Shown: positions 50,801 through 63,650, counted from the whole stretch's first letter. The stretch is 63,856 nucleotides of DNA, filler included, from Octopus bimaculoides (GCF_001194135.2; 7 parts of 7 records of this genome joined end to end with filler, not necessarily neighbours in it), one strand, 5' to 3'. A program made the numbers and translations. The notes: generated by a model not told the origin, from the letters alone.

Positions 50801-53800
50801 AAAAGAAAAGTGCTAACCGCTACAGAATGGATTTTGTGGTTCGGAGACGATTCATCCTTTGATCGTTCCTAACTGTTTAATGAGTTCAATTCTTCCTACT
50901 AAAGGAAGCTAAAGGAAGGAATAAAATATTTTAGTTGAAATCATCTTTTCATTTATATATATATGAATATATGTGTGTGTGTGTGTGTGTGTGTATGAAT
51001 GTGTGTGTGCGTGTGTGTGTGTATGTACATGTATGTATTATGTATATACATACATACATATGTAATTTTTTGTTACTATGTATGTACGTGTGTGTGTTTG
51101 TGTGTCTCTGAGTGTGTGCGTGTACTGCTTCGAATGCTTTGGACTCCGTAAGGATCTGTTACTTCATATTCACTGTTATCAATGACACCGTATACACCAA
51201 GGTCTTCAATTGTATACCACCAACAAAAATAGTTAAGCAGATGATGAAAATACCTCCAGAAGGAAATTGTGTTTTCTATATTTATGATGAAAATATTTTC
51301 TCAGTTCTGGAATGAAAAAAAAAAAAAAAAGAAAATGCTAAATCACTGAATCAAATTTCTATACTAATCTTGTTGAAGGAAATTAAATTCGGTCTGTTTT
51401 CCATTATTATTTTCTGTTTGTTTGCTTTTTCGAAACAGAAAATCGTAACAGAAAATCGAAGTAGAAGGTTATATTTAACTGTACAGTATATCTGACAGGC
51501 TGTCACCAACATACAAATGATATACCACTCTCAGACTCCTATAATTGATCTCTCTATCCCTCATTTTCTGTCTCACAATCTCTCTTAATGTGTATCCCTT
51601 TGAATATAAATCTCAGTATTGAACGTATTATATAATGGAGTTCAGAGGTTAGAAACAGTTGAGTACTAGGAGAAATATCATGTTGTATTGAAATTATTTA
51701 CTATGTTTGACTCCACATTTTATTCCTATGGAATTGATGAATTAACAGAGAAACGTTTCACTTGTCTTTACAGTTATAACTATGTACGTACGTATGTGAG
51801 GGAGGTGTACGTGTGTGTATGAGACTGCATTTTAAAGCAAATTTCAGTATAGAAGAGGGAACCCTGCAAAGGTAATGGAGTTGCATTTGACAAAGTATCA
51901 GAACGATCGTCAGCAGTTTGAGAAAACTAGAGGTTTGGACAGCGTTCTTACAGGAGTGTTGCTGAGTGGTGATACTTTCTCTATTTGGATAGTGGGCGAG
52001 TTTCTTACATGACGTAGGTAATTTAGCCCGAAAAGCTACTGCTCGATTACGAGAAAACCATTACAGGTGTTGGGATATTAGAGTATGTGTTATATAGCGA
52101 TTTCGAGGCACATTCCTCAAAAGAATACGTTTAGGATCTATGGAGCTGTTTCTGAAAGTTTGGTAAACTGAAACACGTTAGCTGCGCATGATAATAACGC
52201 ACACCTGGTTCGTCTAGAGCAAGTGGCTGATAGGGTTGCACTGTGATATGAAGTGGAATGTATGTCGTGTATTTGTGATGAGTGAGTGTTTATAGTGTGA
52301 TAGATGTTAGGTATAGAGGTGAGAAAGTTGATAATAATATTTCGGGTGTCTGTGTTTCGAAAACAACGATGGATTTGTAATCAGAATCCGCATGGACGAC
52401 GCCACTACAACCACTGCAGGCTTTACCTACACTTTTGCCTCAGCACACTTAACCACCCCTCACCAATATTTTTATACCTTTACCCAACCCCAACATAAAT
52501 TATCTCCCCTTCTGCTAACACACCGCCACGCGCGCACGCACCCAAGTGCGTAAATATCTCTACTGATTGATATAAACAAGGGGCCTGCAGCCCAGACAAT
52601 CTCACATCCATTATGCTTAAATAACACATACATGAACATGATATATTCTCACCCTAGTCTTGTGCTCCGTACGGTGATATATTCTGATATAGCCAAATTT
52701 CAGAGCTGAGTATCAATAACGAATATTTTCATCACGTTATTCAATTCGGCGAAAATCTTAGAGTCATGATCAGATTACTTCACTGGATTCCGGTTAATTC
52801 CGCTAATGTCAATTGGTATGTATACTCTTCGATTTTTCCTTTTCTGACATACAATTGGTAGGGAATCTTTCGTATTATATTACACTTTATGAATCCTGTG
52901 CCTGTCGAGCAGATTTCGTGTATAAACATCATTATTTTTACGGGTGAGAAACGTTATAATATTAAGAAAAAATTTTTAAAAAACATGAAAGCAAAGATGT
53001 GTTTGTTTTATCCAGAATGACCCTTGCAGCTCCATGGTTCTTAGAATGATCTGAAGTTTGTAGTCTTTCCTGAAATATAGGCACGAGATAAAAGTTAACA
53101 GATATTGACGCACGCAGATGAAAATATATATTTAATTCAAACTGAAAGCATACAATCTTTGAAACAAATGTATGCTGTTCTCGTCGATATTTACACTACA
53201 TTTATATTTTTTTTATATACTGTAAGCCGGATACAATGTACATTAGAGATACATAAAAAATATCATTATCATGTAAGGGAAGTAACTCCCAGAGCAATTC
53301 ATCTCTCTTTCACAAGCCAGTTTTTATATATATATATATTGCAGCTCGTGTCTCATAGAAATAGTTGTCAGTTATTTATGTTCAATTTCGTATAGCGTTT
53401 GTTTACCAAAGGGTGATGCCAAATGTCCAAAATAGTGCTGATATAAATATCGAAATATCTCTACATATATTATCACGCTTTAATGCACTCTAATTTATTT
53501 ACAAGCCTCAAATTTCCAGTAAAGAACAATGGTAACCTTATATTACGTAACCGAAACAACTATAGTTCTTCATTTGTAGCTTGTTATTGTAAATCTTTTG
53601 CACTTTGTCAAACCTACAGATGGGATGATTAATTCAAGTAACTACAAGCTGTAAGCAACATAGATATAGGATAGCGCGTTCCGTTATTTTAAGGAAACAC
53701 ACGCTTATATATTTTAAAGATAAATCAGTTGCTACCATATAGTTTTCTTCTGGCTTGCACGCTTTTTCTCAACGTTGCTGTTTCCCACTCTCTATGACTG

Positions 53801-53848
53801 TCTCTATCTCTCTCTGCCTATCTGTCTGTCTGTCTGTCTGTCTCTCTT

Positions 53849-53935
<87 letters not shown>

Positions 53936-54573
53936 TGCATTCATTACCACTGCTCTCATTCGGGTTAAACCCTAAAACATTTTACAGGAAGACAAAATAT
54001 ATATTATTAGAAATCTAATTTAGAAATTCTACAAAATTGTTTGAATAAAACCTTCTTCGTCATGTGGAATCGATTCATCTGCACGTTAATATAGATTGGG
54101 AAATTGTCAAATTGTTGCTAAAAATAAGCTCTATTTGTAATGTTCAATATTAGGAAGAAGATAGATATAATCATGGTTACACAGAAACTTATTTAAAAGA
54201 GATTTTTTTTTCAATTACATTTAAATATTATCTTCCTAATTGCTGAGATATGCTGCTATCACTTCACTCGGAATTCATGGAACACAGAATATCACTAAAC
54301 TTCATTGATCATTTTGATTTGCTAGATATAATTGGAAAACCAATTTCATGCGTATCCGATTTCGAATGCATATATAAATGTATCAATGTTATTAACTTCA
54401 TTGCCATAAAATTAATTAGTGACCTAATTTATACGACTGACGATTGGTAACCAGGAGAATCAAAAGTAACGCATACAAACATGCATACAGGTTTACATTT
54501 ACATATACATGCCAATGAGCACGTGCACACCCACACAAACACACATACATACATTGAAAGATTTGTATGTATG

Positions 54574-54617
<44 letters not shown>

Positions 54618-55479
54618 TATATGTATGTAATGGAATGAAATGTATATTAGCTATATTATGTCTGTATTTTGGAATATAATTATAGTTAATTAAGACAATT
54701 TCAATAGCATATCATATGTTAATATCTAGCAATTTGGTTCTGTAAATAAGACTGGTTGTACTACTTTTCCGACAATATATTGGATCATTTATTCATAATT
54801 AGTATGCATATTATTTTTATTCAAATTCAATAAAAAGTTCCAATTTCGAATAAAAATATTTGAAAGGGTCTTATGAGAAACATGAAGTTATGTGAAATAT
54901 TTATTTCAGGAATATTGCTGTGAATAATAGAATGTATATATTACGAATTTTTTAAGCGTACTTTAATCTCAATCTATGTAATTGAAGATGTAAGGTGATC
55001 CCAGCGATACAATGCCTACATTCATACCTCCACCGTATAAATATAAGCATTAATCTCGATTAATCTCACCGAGTAAAATACTTGATAAATATCATGAGAA
55101 ATCGCAGTCGATACAGTAAATGAATTAACACCCATGTCATATTATTTCAATTATCTATTTGAATAAAGTTNNNNNNNNNNNNNNNNNNNNNNNNNNNNNN
55201 NNNNNNNNNNNNNNNNNNNNNNNNNNNNNNNNNNNNNNNNNNNNNNNNNNNNNNNNNNNNNNNNNNNNNNNNNNNNNNNNNNNNNNNNNNNNNNNNNNNN
55301 NNNNNNNNNNNNNNNNNNNNNNNNNNNNNNNNNNNNNNNNNNNNNNNNNNNNNNNNNNNNNNNNNNNNNNNNNNNNNNNNNNNNNNNNNNNNNNNNNNNN
55401 NNNNNNNNNNNNNNNNNNNNNNNNNNNNNNNNNNNNNNNNNNNNNNNNNNNNNNNNNNNNNNNNNNNNNNNNNNNNNNN

Positions 55480-55512
<33 letters not shown>

Positions 55513-58500
55513 ACTTGTGGATGTGTACACTGTTGAACTAATGAGCAGATATTAGGACAGAAAAGTACCTATATGTTTTTTCATATTTAATTTTTTTTCT
55601 AGTTTTTACAATAAAATCGCAAGTTTAGCATTTCTCTCATCTATTTCATAACTAAACTATGGAGCTCTCTTTTAGTTTCGGATGCAATCAACAATAGCTA
55701 TTATATTAATCACATAAGCTATGAATTTCTGTTATTATGTGTATAAAACACACTAGTACAACAGAGAGGCATTTCTTTGATATTTTGCCGATCAGAAGAG
55801 TTCATTGCGTTTTAGAAGAACGTTTCGTGTGTATCAACCACAGCACACAACTGGTATTGATTTTATTCGATTTGAAGGGATATATTACAAATTTACATGG
55901 GGGAAATATGAAGTCAGAACGTAAAATAATTTGCTTCATTACTACGGTGCATTTTCCCACTGCGCTAATGAAGTTATCAATCTGACGACTGACATGAGCA
56001 ATATGTGAATAGTTTCTTGTAATTAAATATACGACACACGCCATTACGTCTCAGAATGGCAAGATTGTCCACACATTGTGAATAACCAATGGTCAATCAT
56101 TGCCTACACCCCTTTTCTACACTGTCGGCTTCTGATTACCTATGTTTCATGGCCTTCTTCAAATTGTCTAAAAGACGTGTATTGCTTGAAATATTGAAAC
56201 TTCTAATATTGCTTGCAACTTAATGAGGTATCTTTGTAATTTGATGTCTTTTCGTTTGAATGTTAATTTTGTTGACGAAGGAGAATTTTTAAACTCTTCG
56301 GAATAAATGGTCCATACTGTGTTTACTGAATTCGAGTAGGCTGAAAACATATATAGGACACACTCCTATATTTAATTAATGAGAGATGTTATCACCATGC
56401 ATTCAACAATTAAGGAATATGAACATATATATTATAGACCAATGAATCAGATTAAGAATACTAATACGATGAATGTGTTTCGTGATATTATTAACTTAGC
56501 CAGCCTCATACATGTTTAATTTTAGTATATCACCTTAGTGACAGATAAGCTTCATAGTACTTACCAATATAATGATAAGAGAGTGATTGAGTTAGGTCAT
56601 AACGGAGTAAGGAATGGAAGATGTGCATATAAAAAAATAATGGGATGTTTAATTACAGATTACGTTGTAATATCGTCGTATATCAATATTAAGTAGATTT
56701 ACATAGAAAAAAACACAAAAGATGTTTCATTCAGGATAATTCATTGGACATTGATTTTAATGGTGCCACGTACGTAATCGAAGCAAAGGTTTCGTCGAAT
56801 AAACGGTGTAGTCATTTCTCTTATTTCATATGATAATATGAGAGAAACAGGCTAGCAATGGTCCATTCATTACCTTAAATAACCAAAATATAAAAATGTA
56901 TACTTTCTTTTCCCCGTGTCAAATATACCTGTTTTTGCGATAGCTGCGTTTTTAAAATGCATGTTAAAAGCTCTCACGTAGCAATTCAATTTTCCATCTA
57001 CTCTATGTGGTTTCTTAAAAGCAGAACAATTCAGTGTCTTTATACATTCTGCACTCATTTCCAAGACGTTTTGCCGACAAACATATTAGTAGTATGTTTT
57101 CTGTTTCTCGTAAACACATTAATATTCTAAACAGATCAAGTCGATTCATACTCCGTTAGAAAAATCTTTGCATCCGACCCAGTTACTATAGACTAAATAG
57201 TCAACGGGTTGTATTCACTTTACGCACGCTTTCGTTTACAGTGGTGGCTTTGCAAATCAATAATATATACCGACTATATCATCGCTTTTCTGTTCCGTGT
57301 ATTATATTTTGACACGTTTAACGATAGTGTATCTTTTCATGGCTTTTCCGCGACGTAAGCACTGTGTTTATTTACAAAAAATGAGAATTCGTATACAATT
57401 CATCACGCTTCATGACATTCTTGGTATTTTGTTATTCTTTGTTTTGTGGCACGGTATTGTTCTACATGAGGAAATAAGCGCTATGACAAAATCCACTCCT
57501 GTTAATTACTCATTATCACACATGACATTTTAGTTTTAGTATATATATATATTTANNNNNNNNNNNNNNNNNNNNNNNNNNNNNNATATATATATATATA
57601 TATATATATAACTTGTTTGTGGATCTTTATAAAATACACATTACCTAATAATTACTTGTTGACATAGTGTATTAAATATCTTACACTATTTAGTCTAATT
57701 TCCTCCTCATTGAAAATTTGAAAACATGTAGATTTTGACTTGAATTTTATTCAGGCAGTCAACGTTGTACGTATTATTTGTATCCTGCAGTAAAGTGTAT
57801 TGTTGACACATTGTAGTCTCATTATATGCGCCATCCTTACAGCAGTTTAAATGCCGTATTCGTCAAAAGCTGTTACCTACTACTTAGCTTGAATATCATG
57901 GGCATAAAATCCAAACAACTGAAGCATTAATGTATTTATTGTGAATTCGTGTCAGAATTATACAATCTAAATAAATAGGTGTCTGCAATGAATACATAAT
58001 ATGCAATTTTATTCACGGCGAATCATTGATGTTTTTGTAATGGAAACGTTTGAAACGTTTGCTTGAAAATCACGGACAGGTTCGATCTCTTTGGATGCTA
58101 TTGAATATTTGTATATAGATTTTTAATAAAAGAGAAAACTTGATTGGGGATGTGTACTTCAATATAAATACTACGATGAAGCTATTAACGATAGGTGTCT
58201 AATAAAATGCATTTGTGGGTTGGAGAAGGCAACATTTGCTGCAGCGTATGCATAATTCTTGCTCACAATGGTATAATGAGCAATCAATGATATATTAACC
58301 ACTTCACCTGTGTAACTCTACCGTAGGGACTAATTATATAGATTACTATTCCGACAAGAATAATTTCGACAGACTTGTTTCTGCAGGCCTAAAAAAATAA
58401 AATATAACAGAGAAGTCATGTACCTGACTGATTTTCTGAAGGATGGATATACAACTACACCTAGAACAACGTTAATAACTTAGAAGTGAAATTTAGGATG

Positions 58501-58550
58501 CCTTCGTATTTGGTAAACCGATTTTGTTAAAACTTCTCCCAGCTTGTTTG

Positions 58551-60016
58551 CACGCTAAGACAATACCATTATTATATTTTTATTATTCTGTGTAACGTCA
58601 TTTCTTTTTATTTCAGATTCTTCAGTTTTTGCGTGAACCACGCAAATAGCTTTTGAATGAACATAGCAAAACTACACTATTTTTTTTCAAAACCGGAAGT
58701 GTAAGGATATATATTGAGCTCACATTTAGTATATGATTAACAGAAAACCATAATAATATTATAACATTTATTGAAATAATGAAATATTTAGAATTACATA
58801 GCCACATTTATTTCGATGGTTAATTTCAAAACCCTTATTAGTCATGGAATCCGTCAATTCCTTAATAGTAGTAGGTTGGATTGCCTTTGAGGCAGCTTTC
58901 ATGGTAGCCCATAAGATATCTTTCGACGTAAATTGGCGTCCATCGACATGAACATCTTCAATGATGGGTCAATACATTTCGATAGTGTTCAGTCTAGAGA
59001 TGCAAGCGGTCACACCCACAACCTTTCACCTTTTATGCCGTAAGACCCTAGGACTGTTTGGTCCTGGCTGCTTGGGATGGTGCATAGTTAAGCATGAATA
59101 CGTGATTCCTTAGAAATGACAGCAGTTTGTCATCGAGGCAGAATCCAAGACATCTTTCAGGAGATCGCAGTAGGCGGCTGCGTTGACGTTAACCTCTTTA
59201 GGCACCAACAACTCTCTTCCTAATGATACCAGCCCAGAACAGTACTCCTACACCATATTGTTGATGTCGTAAACGTTGGCGACGATCATCTCCAAAATAG
59301 ATCCAACTATTTGCCCAACCGTCAGGCTCATAATGGTTTGCCTTGCTTTCGCCAGTGAACTGAACAAAAATCCTGTCCAATATCATGTGCTTTTGGGCCC
59401 ATAGAAGCCTCAAACTCCTGTGAGATGACAGTTTTAGAGGTTCTCGCACCTACACCATTGTCCCCAGTTTGCCATTTCTGGTGGTTTTCGGTACATAAGA
59501 AAGTCTGTAGATGGTGGAAATACCTTCGCTTGTTTGTCTATGTTTCCCACGTAAATTGCGGCCAATATTCCTCAAATCCCGAACTGTCACCGTCATGGAG
59601 GTCCAACAATCGGATCGTTTCTTCCTTGGCGCTCGTCATGTCAATAAATCTTATAATATTATAATAGTTTATTCCACCGTGATCGAATTTGCCATTCATC
59701 CTTTCGCGGTCGATACATTAAGTACCAATTGCAAACTAGGGTCAATCTAATTGATTACCCCCTCCTGAAAAAGTTTGGGAATTGTGCGTAGAGTAGAAAA
59801 GAATATGTTATTATGGTTTTCTGTTAAATATATACACAATATAAGCTTCATATTTATAGTTACCCTTCGTTTTCTGAAAGAAAAAATATGTCCAGATGGG
59901 CTATTTTCATTTAAAAACCCTTAGCGTGGTTCACGTAAAAACTGAACAAAATGAAAAAAAAAAAAATAATAAATAGGACGTTACACAGAATAAGGAGAAT
60001 ATAACAATTTAGGGTG
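58551..60016 (-). mobile_element. Near full-length decayed Tc1-like transposon with ~200-bp TIRs
   Basis: Transposase remnants RLLWAQKHM...FTGESKA...PDGWANSW...RLRHQQYGVGVLFWAGII...QFTSKDILWATMKAA. TIR anchors TTCAGTTTTTGCGTGAACCACGC (58621-43) / GCGTGGTTCACGTAAAAACTGAA (59924-46), TTATTCTGTGTAACGTC and TTAACAGAAAACCATAATAA. A family B SINE piece is inserted at ~59680-59755. Confidence 0.85.
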
Positions 60017-60133
60017 GACATGGGTTGCTCAGCGTACGGGTGTGGCTCAATAGTGAAAGAAAAAACATGGAAAAATATTGCTGTTTACCCAATATTTGAT
60101 TCACACCCGTACGTTGAGCAGCCCACGTTCACC
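60013..60133. repeat. Foldback inverted repeat made of LINE coding sequence
   Basis: 60013-60044 versus 60102-60133: 32 bp, 4 transitions; inner AAATATTG (60073-80) / CAATATTT (60090-97); 9-nt loop. Confidence 0.85.
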
Positions 60134-60900
60134 ATACACCTCTCCTCATGTACAGTCTGTGTATATTTGCCTTAGGTTTAAGGGCATCATGTATTGTCAT
60201 TGCCTTTCGGGTAATGCCATCGAGTTGGTCAATCTCCGCTTGTGACCATCTCAGAATGGATGCACTATAACGGACTACAGCAATAGCCCATATGCTAATG
60301 GCAGTCACAACGTTCTTTGAGCTGAACTCTGATTTCCAGTGAACTTTGAGGCGCCTGAAATATGGAGTGATGACCTTCACTTTTATCTCTCTGTGCAAGA
60401 TATTTTCCAGCTCCAGGCTTCCGAGCTACTTGTACCCATCATCCTGCCAGTCTTGCATTCTCTCTCTGTTTGGTTAATCTATGCACCTACAATTTACACT
60501 TTTCCCCCATTTCAAAGCAAGCCCTGCTCACTACGAGATGTCGAATTCCATCCCGATATCCTTGCTGTAATTTTGGACAGTCTTAACCAGCCTCTACATT
60601 TCAGGCTCTGTTTTTGTGAATAGGTTTACATCATCCATGATGAGAAGTTGTTTGAGACGAGATCCGTTCTTTCACAGCTCATACTGTAAGTTGATTTTAC
60701 ATAGGACTACAGAAAGTGGGATCAAGATTATAACAAATAGCAGAGATGAACAACAGTCTACTTGGAAGGTACCTCATTGATTGTTACCTCGGCTAAGTGC
60801 TGGTTGTTACAGAAAAGACATGTTTTTCAACTAGGCATGCTTTTCTTAATCAATATAGGCACGTTCCCAACTATTGCACACATGTCGAGTGTTTCCAAAA
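60098..60900 (-). mobile_element. R4/Dong RT fragment truncated at both ends
   Basis: LLIMDDV...KTVQNYSKDIGMEF...YFRRLKVHWKSEFSSKNVVTAISIWAIAVVRYSASILRWSQAEIDQLDGITRKAMTIHDALKPKANIHRLYM. The 5' end abuts (TAT)n 60905. Confidence 0.85.
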
Positions 60901-60910
60901 TCCATTATTA

Positions 60911-60987
<77 letters not shown>

Positions 60988-60989
60988 GC

Positions 60990-61026
<37 letters not shown>

Positions 61027-61052
61027 GCTGTTGTTGTCGTTGTTGCTGTTAT

Positions 61053-61685
61053 TCTTTCCTAATGTAGAATTGGTAAAACTGCACCGGAGCATTTAGTCAT
61101 CTGTTAATTCTCAAAAAGGACCTCGGACAGAAAATACTTTCTGAAGATGTGTGCTGCGCCCATTAAGGCTGCTGATTGCAAGACACCAATCTTGCATGTG
61201 ATTTGCAGTTGCCTTTAATACGTGTTGAAGCTTCAATTGGATTGAGCCCAATACTCGAATCTCCACTGTTATCACTTTCACATTACCCTCGCGCGTTCCA
61301 TACAGTCTTGCCATTTCAACTTTCAATTCAGAGTACTCGGTGATATGTTCACCCTCTATACTCACAACATTCATGTCATTTGGTTCGGCTACATCAATGA
61401 TCTGACAGTATGTCTCCCTTATTCAATATGACAATATTCGGCCGACTTTGTTCGATCCGTCCGAAAATCATATTCTCGGAGAATCGTTACTTTTCTGCCC
61501 TCCTGCATAACTTTACTTGCTACATGCTTATACCAGTTCTCTGTTACTTCATATTGGTATTTACGGCATAAGATCCAATGAAGATACACAGACTTCATTG
61601 TGGCGGCGCTTGCATCCTTTTTGTTCAAGGTTCTCACATCTACTTAGTAGGTGGGTCACATTTTCCAAATTCTTTCCAAAGTCTG
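61053..61685 (-). mobile_element. R4/Dong 3' fragment (RLE)
   Basis: VYLHWILCRKYQYEVTENWYKHVASKV...TILREYDFRTDRT...EHITEYSELKVEMARLYG...VKVITVEIRVLGSI. Bounded by TGT/TAT and TTG/TTA arrays. Confidence 0.8.
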
Positions 61686-61710
61686 CATGTTGTTGTTGTT
61701 GTTTTTGTTG

Positions 61711-61751
<41 letters not shown>

Positions 61752-61965
61752 TTATGTTTGACTTTTGTTTTGCATTTGTACAAGTTGGATCCAAGTCTCA
61801 CCCAGAGACCTCAAGAGACAACAAGTTAGAAGTTCATGTAGGTGTTATGCCTAGGGTACCATATATTTGGATTTGTACAGTTTTGTTCAAGTGAATGTTT
61901 AAGAAACCATAAGAAAATTATGTTTGCTTTAAAATTTGAGATCACATAGACAGTATTTTACGTAG
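61752..61965 (-). mobile_element. 3' end of a young R4/Dong element (last codons + 3'UTR)
   Basis: Reverse complement at the join reads CTA CGT AAA ATA CTG TCT ATG TGA (LRKILSM*), then ~190 nt of UTR ending in the (TAA)n array. Confidence 0.7.
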
Positions 61966-62065
61966 NNNNNNNNNNNNNNNNNNNNNNNNNNNNNNNNNNN
62001 NNNNNNNNNTTAATTAATTAANNNNNNNNNNNNNNNNNNNNNNNNNNNNNNNNNNNNNNNNNNNN
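61966..62065. other. Artificial assembly join
   Basis: TTAATTAATTAA at 62010-62021, 44 N each side. Confidence 0.95.
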
Positions 62066-62580
62066 ATTAATCCACTTAAAATTCGTAAAATGTATCACAC
62101 TGCATCGTATATACAGAATGCGGTTTATTGAAAGAAAATTAAACAAAGACATGTAAATAATATGATTTTATTTCACTGATTCAGGTACAAATTAATACAT
62201 TTTAAATTAAGAAAGTAAAGAACATGATAATTTCACAGATTCGGGTCACGTGTGTGGCATGGACCGTTGCAGCGCGTTGCTGGATTCACCTTTTGTGGAT
62301 GTATTCCCGGGTTCTCTCGGGCGATCTGTCGAGTAGAGACCCAGTCAGTCCCCAACTCCGCGAGATATCTCATCTGTTGTGACCATGATGCATATGGTCG
62401 ACTGTTTGGCCATATTGGACAGGTTCAGGTACACATAAATACAATCCTAAATCTGGATCAGTTTGATATTTATCAGTCCAGTAAAATATATATCATACAG
62501 TATAATGTTAATAAGATGAACATTAAATAAAAAAAAAAGTGAAGAACATAATTTTATTACACAGATATAATAATATAAAT

Positions 62581-62831
62581 AAATGCGCCCTTTTGAAGCC
62601 TAGCCAAGCTCATGGGCCCGGTTTCCCGGTTTCAATGGCGTATGTGTTCCCCAGCTGGACGGGACGCCAGTCCATCGCAGCGTTACTCATTTCTGCTAGC
62701 TGAGTGGACTGGAGCAACGTGAAATGATGTGTTTTGCTCAAGAACACAACGCGTCGCCCGGTCCAGGAATTGAAACCACAATCTTACGATCATGATGTTG
62801 ACACCTTAACCACTAGGCCATGCGCCTCCAC
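62581..62831 (-). mobile_element. SINE family D, full length
   Basis: Reverse complement aligns end to end with 43092-43340. Confidence 0.9.
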
Positions 62832-62900
62832 ATTTAACAGGTATAAGTACAAATTAATACAGTTCCAAAGCAGGGTCTCTTTAATTATTTAGTGATCCAA

Positions 62901-63131
62901 GGCGGCGAGCTGGCAGAAACGTTATCACGCGGGGCGAAATGCTTAGCGGTATTTCGTCTGCTGTTACGTTCTGAGTTCAAATTCCGCTGAGGTCGACTTT
63001 GCCTTTCATCCTTTCGGGATCGATAAATTAAGTGCTAGTTACGCACTGGTGTCGATGTAATCGACTTAATCCGTTTGTCTGTCCTTGTTTGTCCCCTCTA
63101 TGTTTAGCCCCTTGTGGGCAATAAAGAAATA
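62901..63131 (+). mobile_element. SINE family B, full length, low divergence
   Basis: GGCGGCGAGCTGGCAGAAACG...GAGGTCGACTTTGCCTTTCATCCTTTCGGGATCGATAAATTAAG...TTAGCCCCTTGTGGGCAATAAAGAAATA. Confidence 0.9.
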
Positions 63132-63470
63132 AATATTTATTAATTCACTTAAAATTCTTAAAATACATCATACGGTACCATGTATGTAAAAAGAATGTTC
63201 ATAGGAAGAAAATGGAATGAAGAAAAGAAAAGAATATTATTTTATTTAATAGGTACAGGTTACAAATTGATACACTTCTAAATCTGGGTCTTGATATTTA
63301 TTAATCCGCTTAGAATATAGGATAGTCTACCATATATACAGTGTAATGTTCATAGACGGAAAATTAAATAGATAAAAACAAGGAACATGATTTTATTGAA
63401 CAGATACAGGTGCAAATTAATATAATTCTAAATCAGAATATGTTTAATCTTTATCAAATCACTTCAGAAA

Positions 63471-63508
63471 TTTAAGAACAAAGTTTAAGAACAAAGTTTA
63501 AGAACAAA
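63471..63508 (+). repeat. 13-bp tandem repeat x3 (TTTAAGAACAAAG)
   Basis: Direct reading. Confidence 0.85.
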
Positions 63509-63539
63509 ACCAAATCCCCCAGGACTTATTCCGTTTACC

Positions 63540-63650
63540 AAATCCACTCACAAGGCTTTGGTCGGCCCAAGACTATAGTAGAAGACACTTGCCCAAGGTG
63601 CCAGGCAGTGGGTTTGTAAGTATGCTTCCTACCACACAGCCACTACGGGT
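63540..63650 (-). mobile_element. SINE family A head/core fragment
   Basis: Reverse complement of GGCACCTTGGGCAAGTGTCTTCTACTATAGTCTTGGGCCGACCAAAGCCTTGTGAGTGGATTTGG. Confidence 0.8.

Larger units (their letters stand above)
62066..63470 (+). repeat. Decayed AT-rich tandem array (~150-bp unit) interrupted by insertions
   Basis: Recurrent CAGGTACAAATTAATAC-like motif near 62182, 62425, 62846, 63256 and 63407, plus TATTTATTAAT(C/T)C(A/G)CTTA(A/G)AAT anchors. Confidence 0.65.

Noticed and set aside
60012-60134. TA-flanked MITE interpretation of the inverted repeat
   Set aside because: Both arms translate as R4/Dong ORF sequence continuous with the adjacent LINE fragment, so a foldback explains it better.
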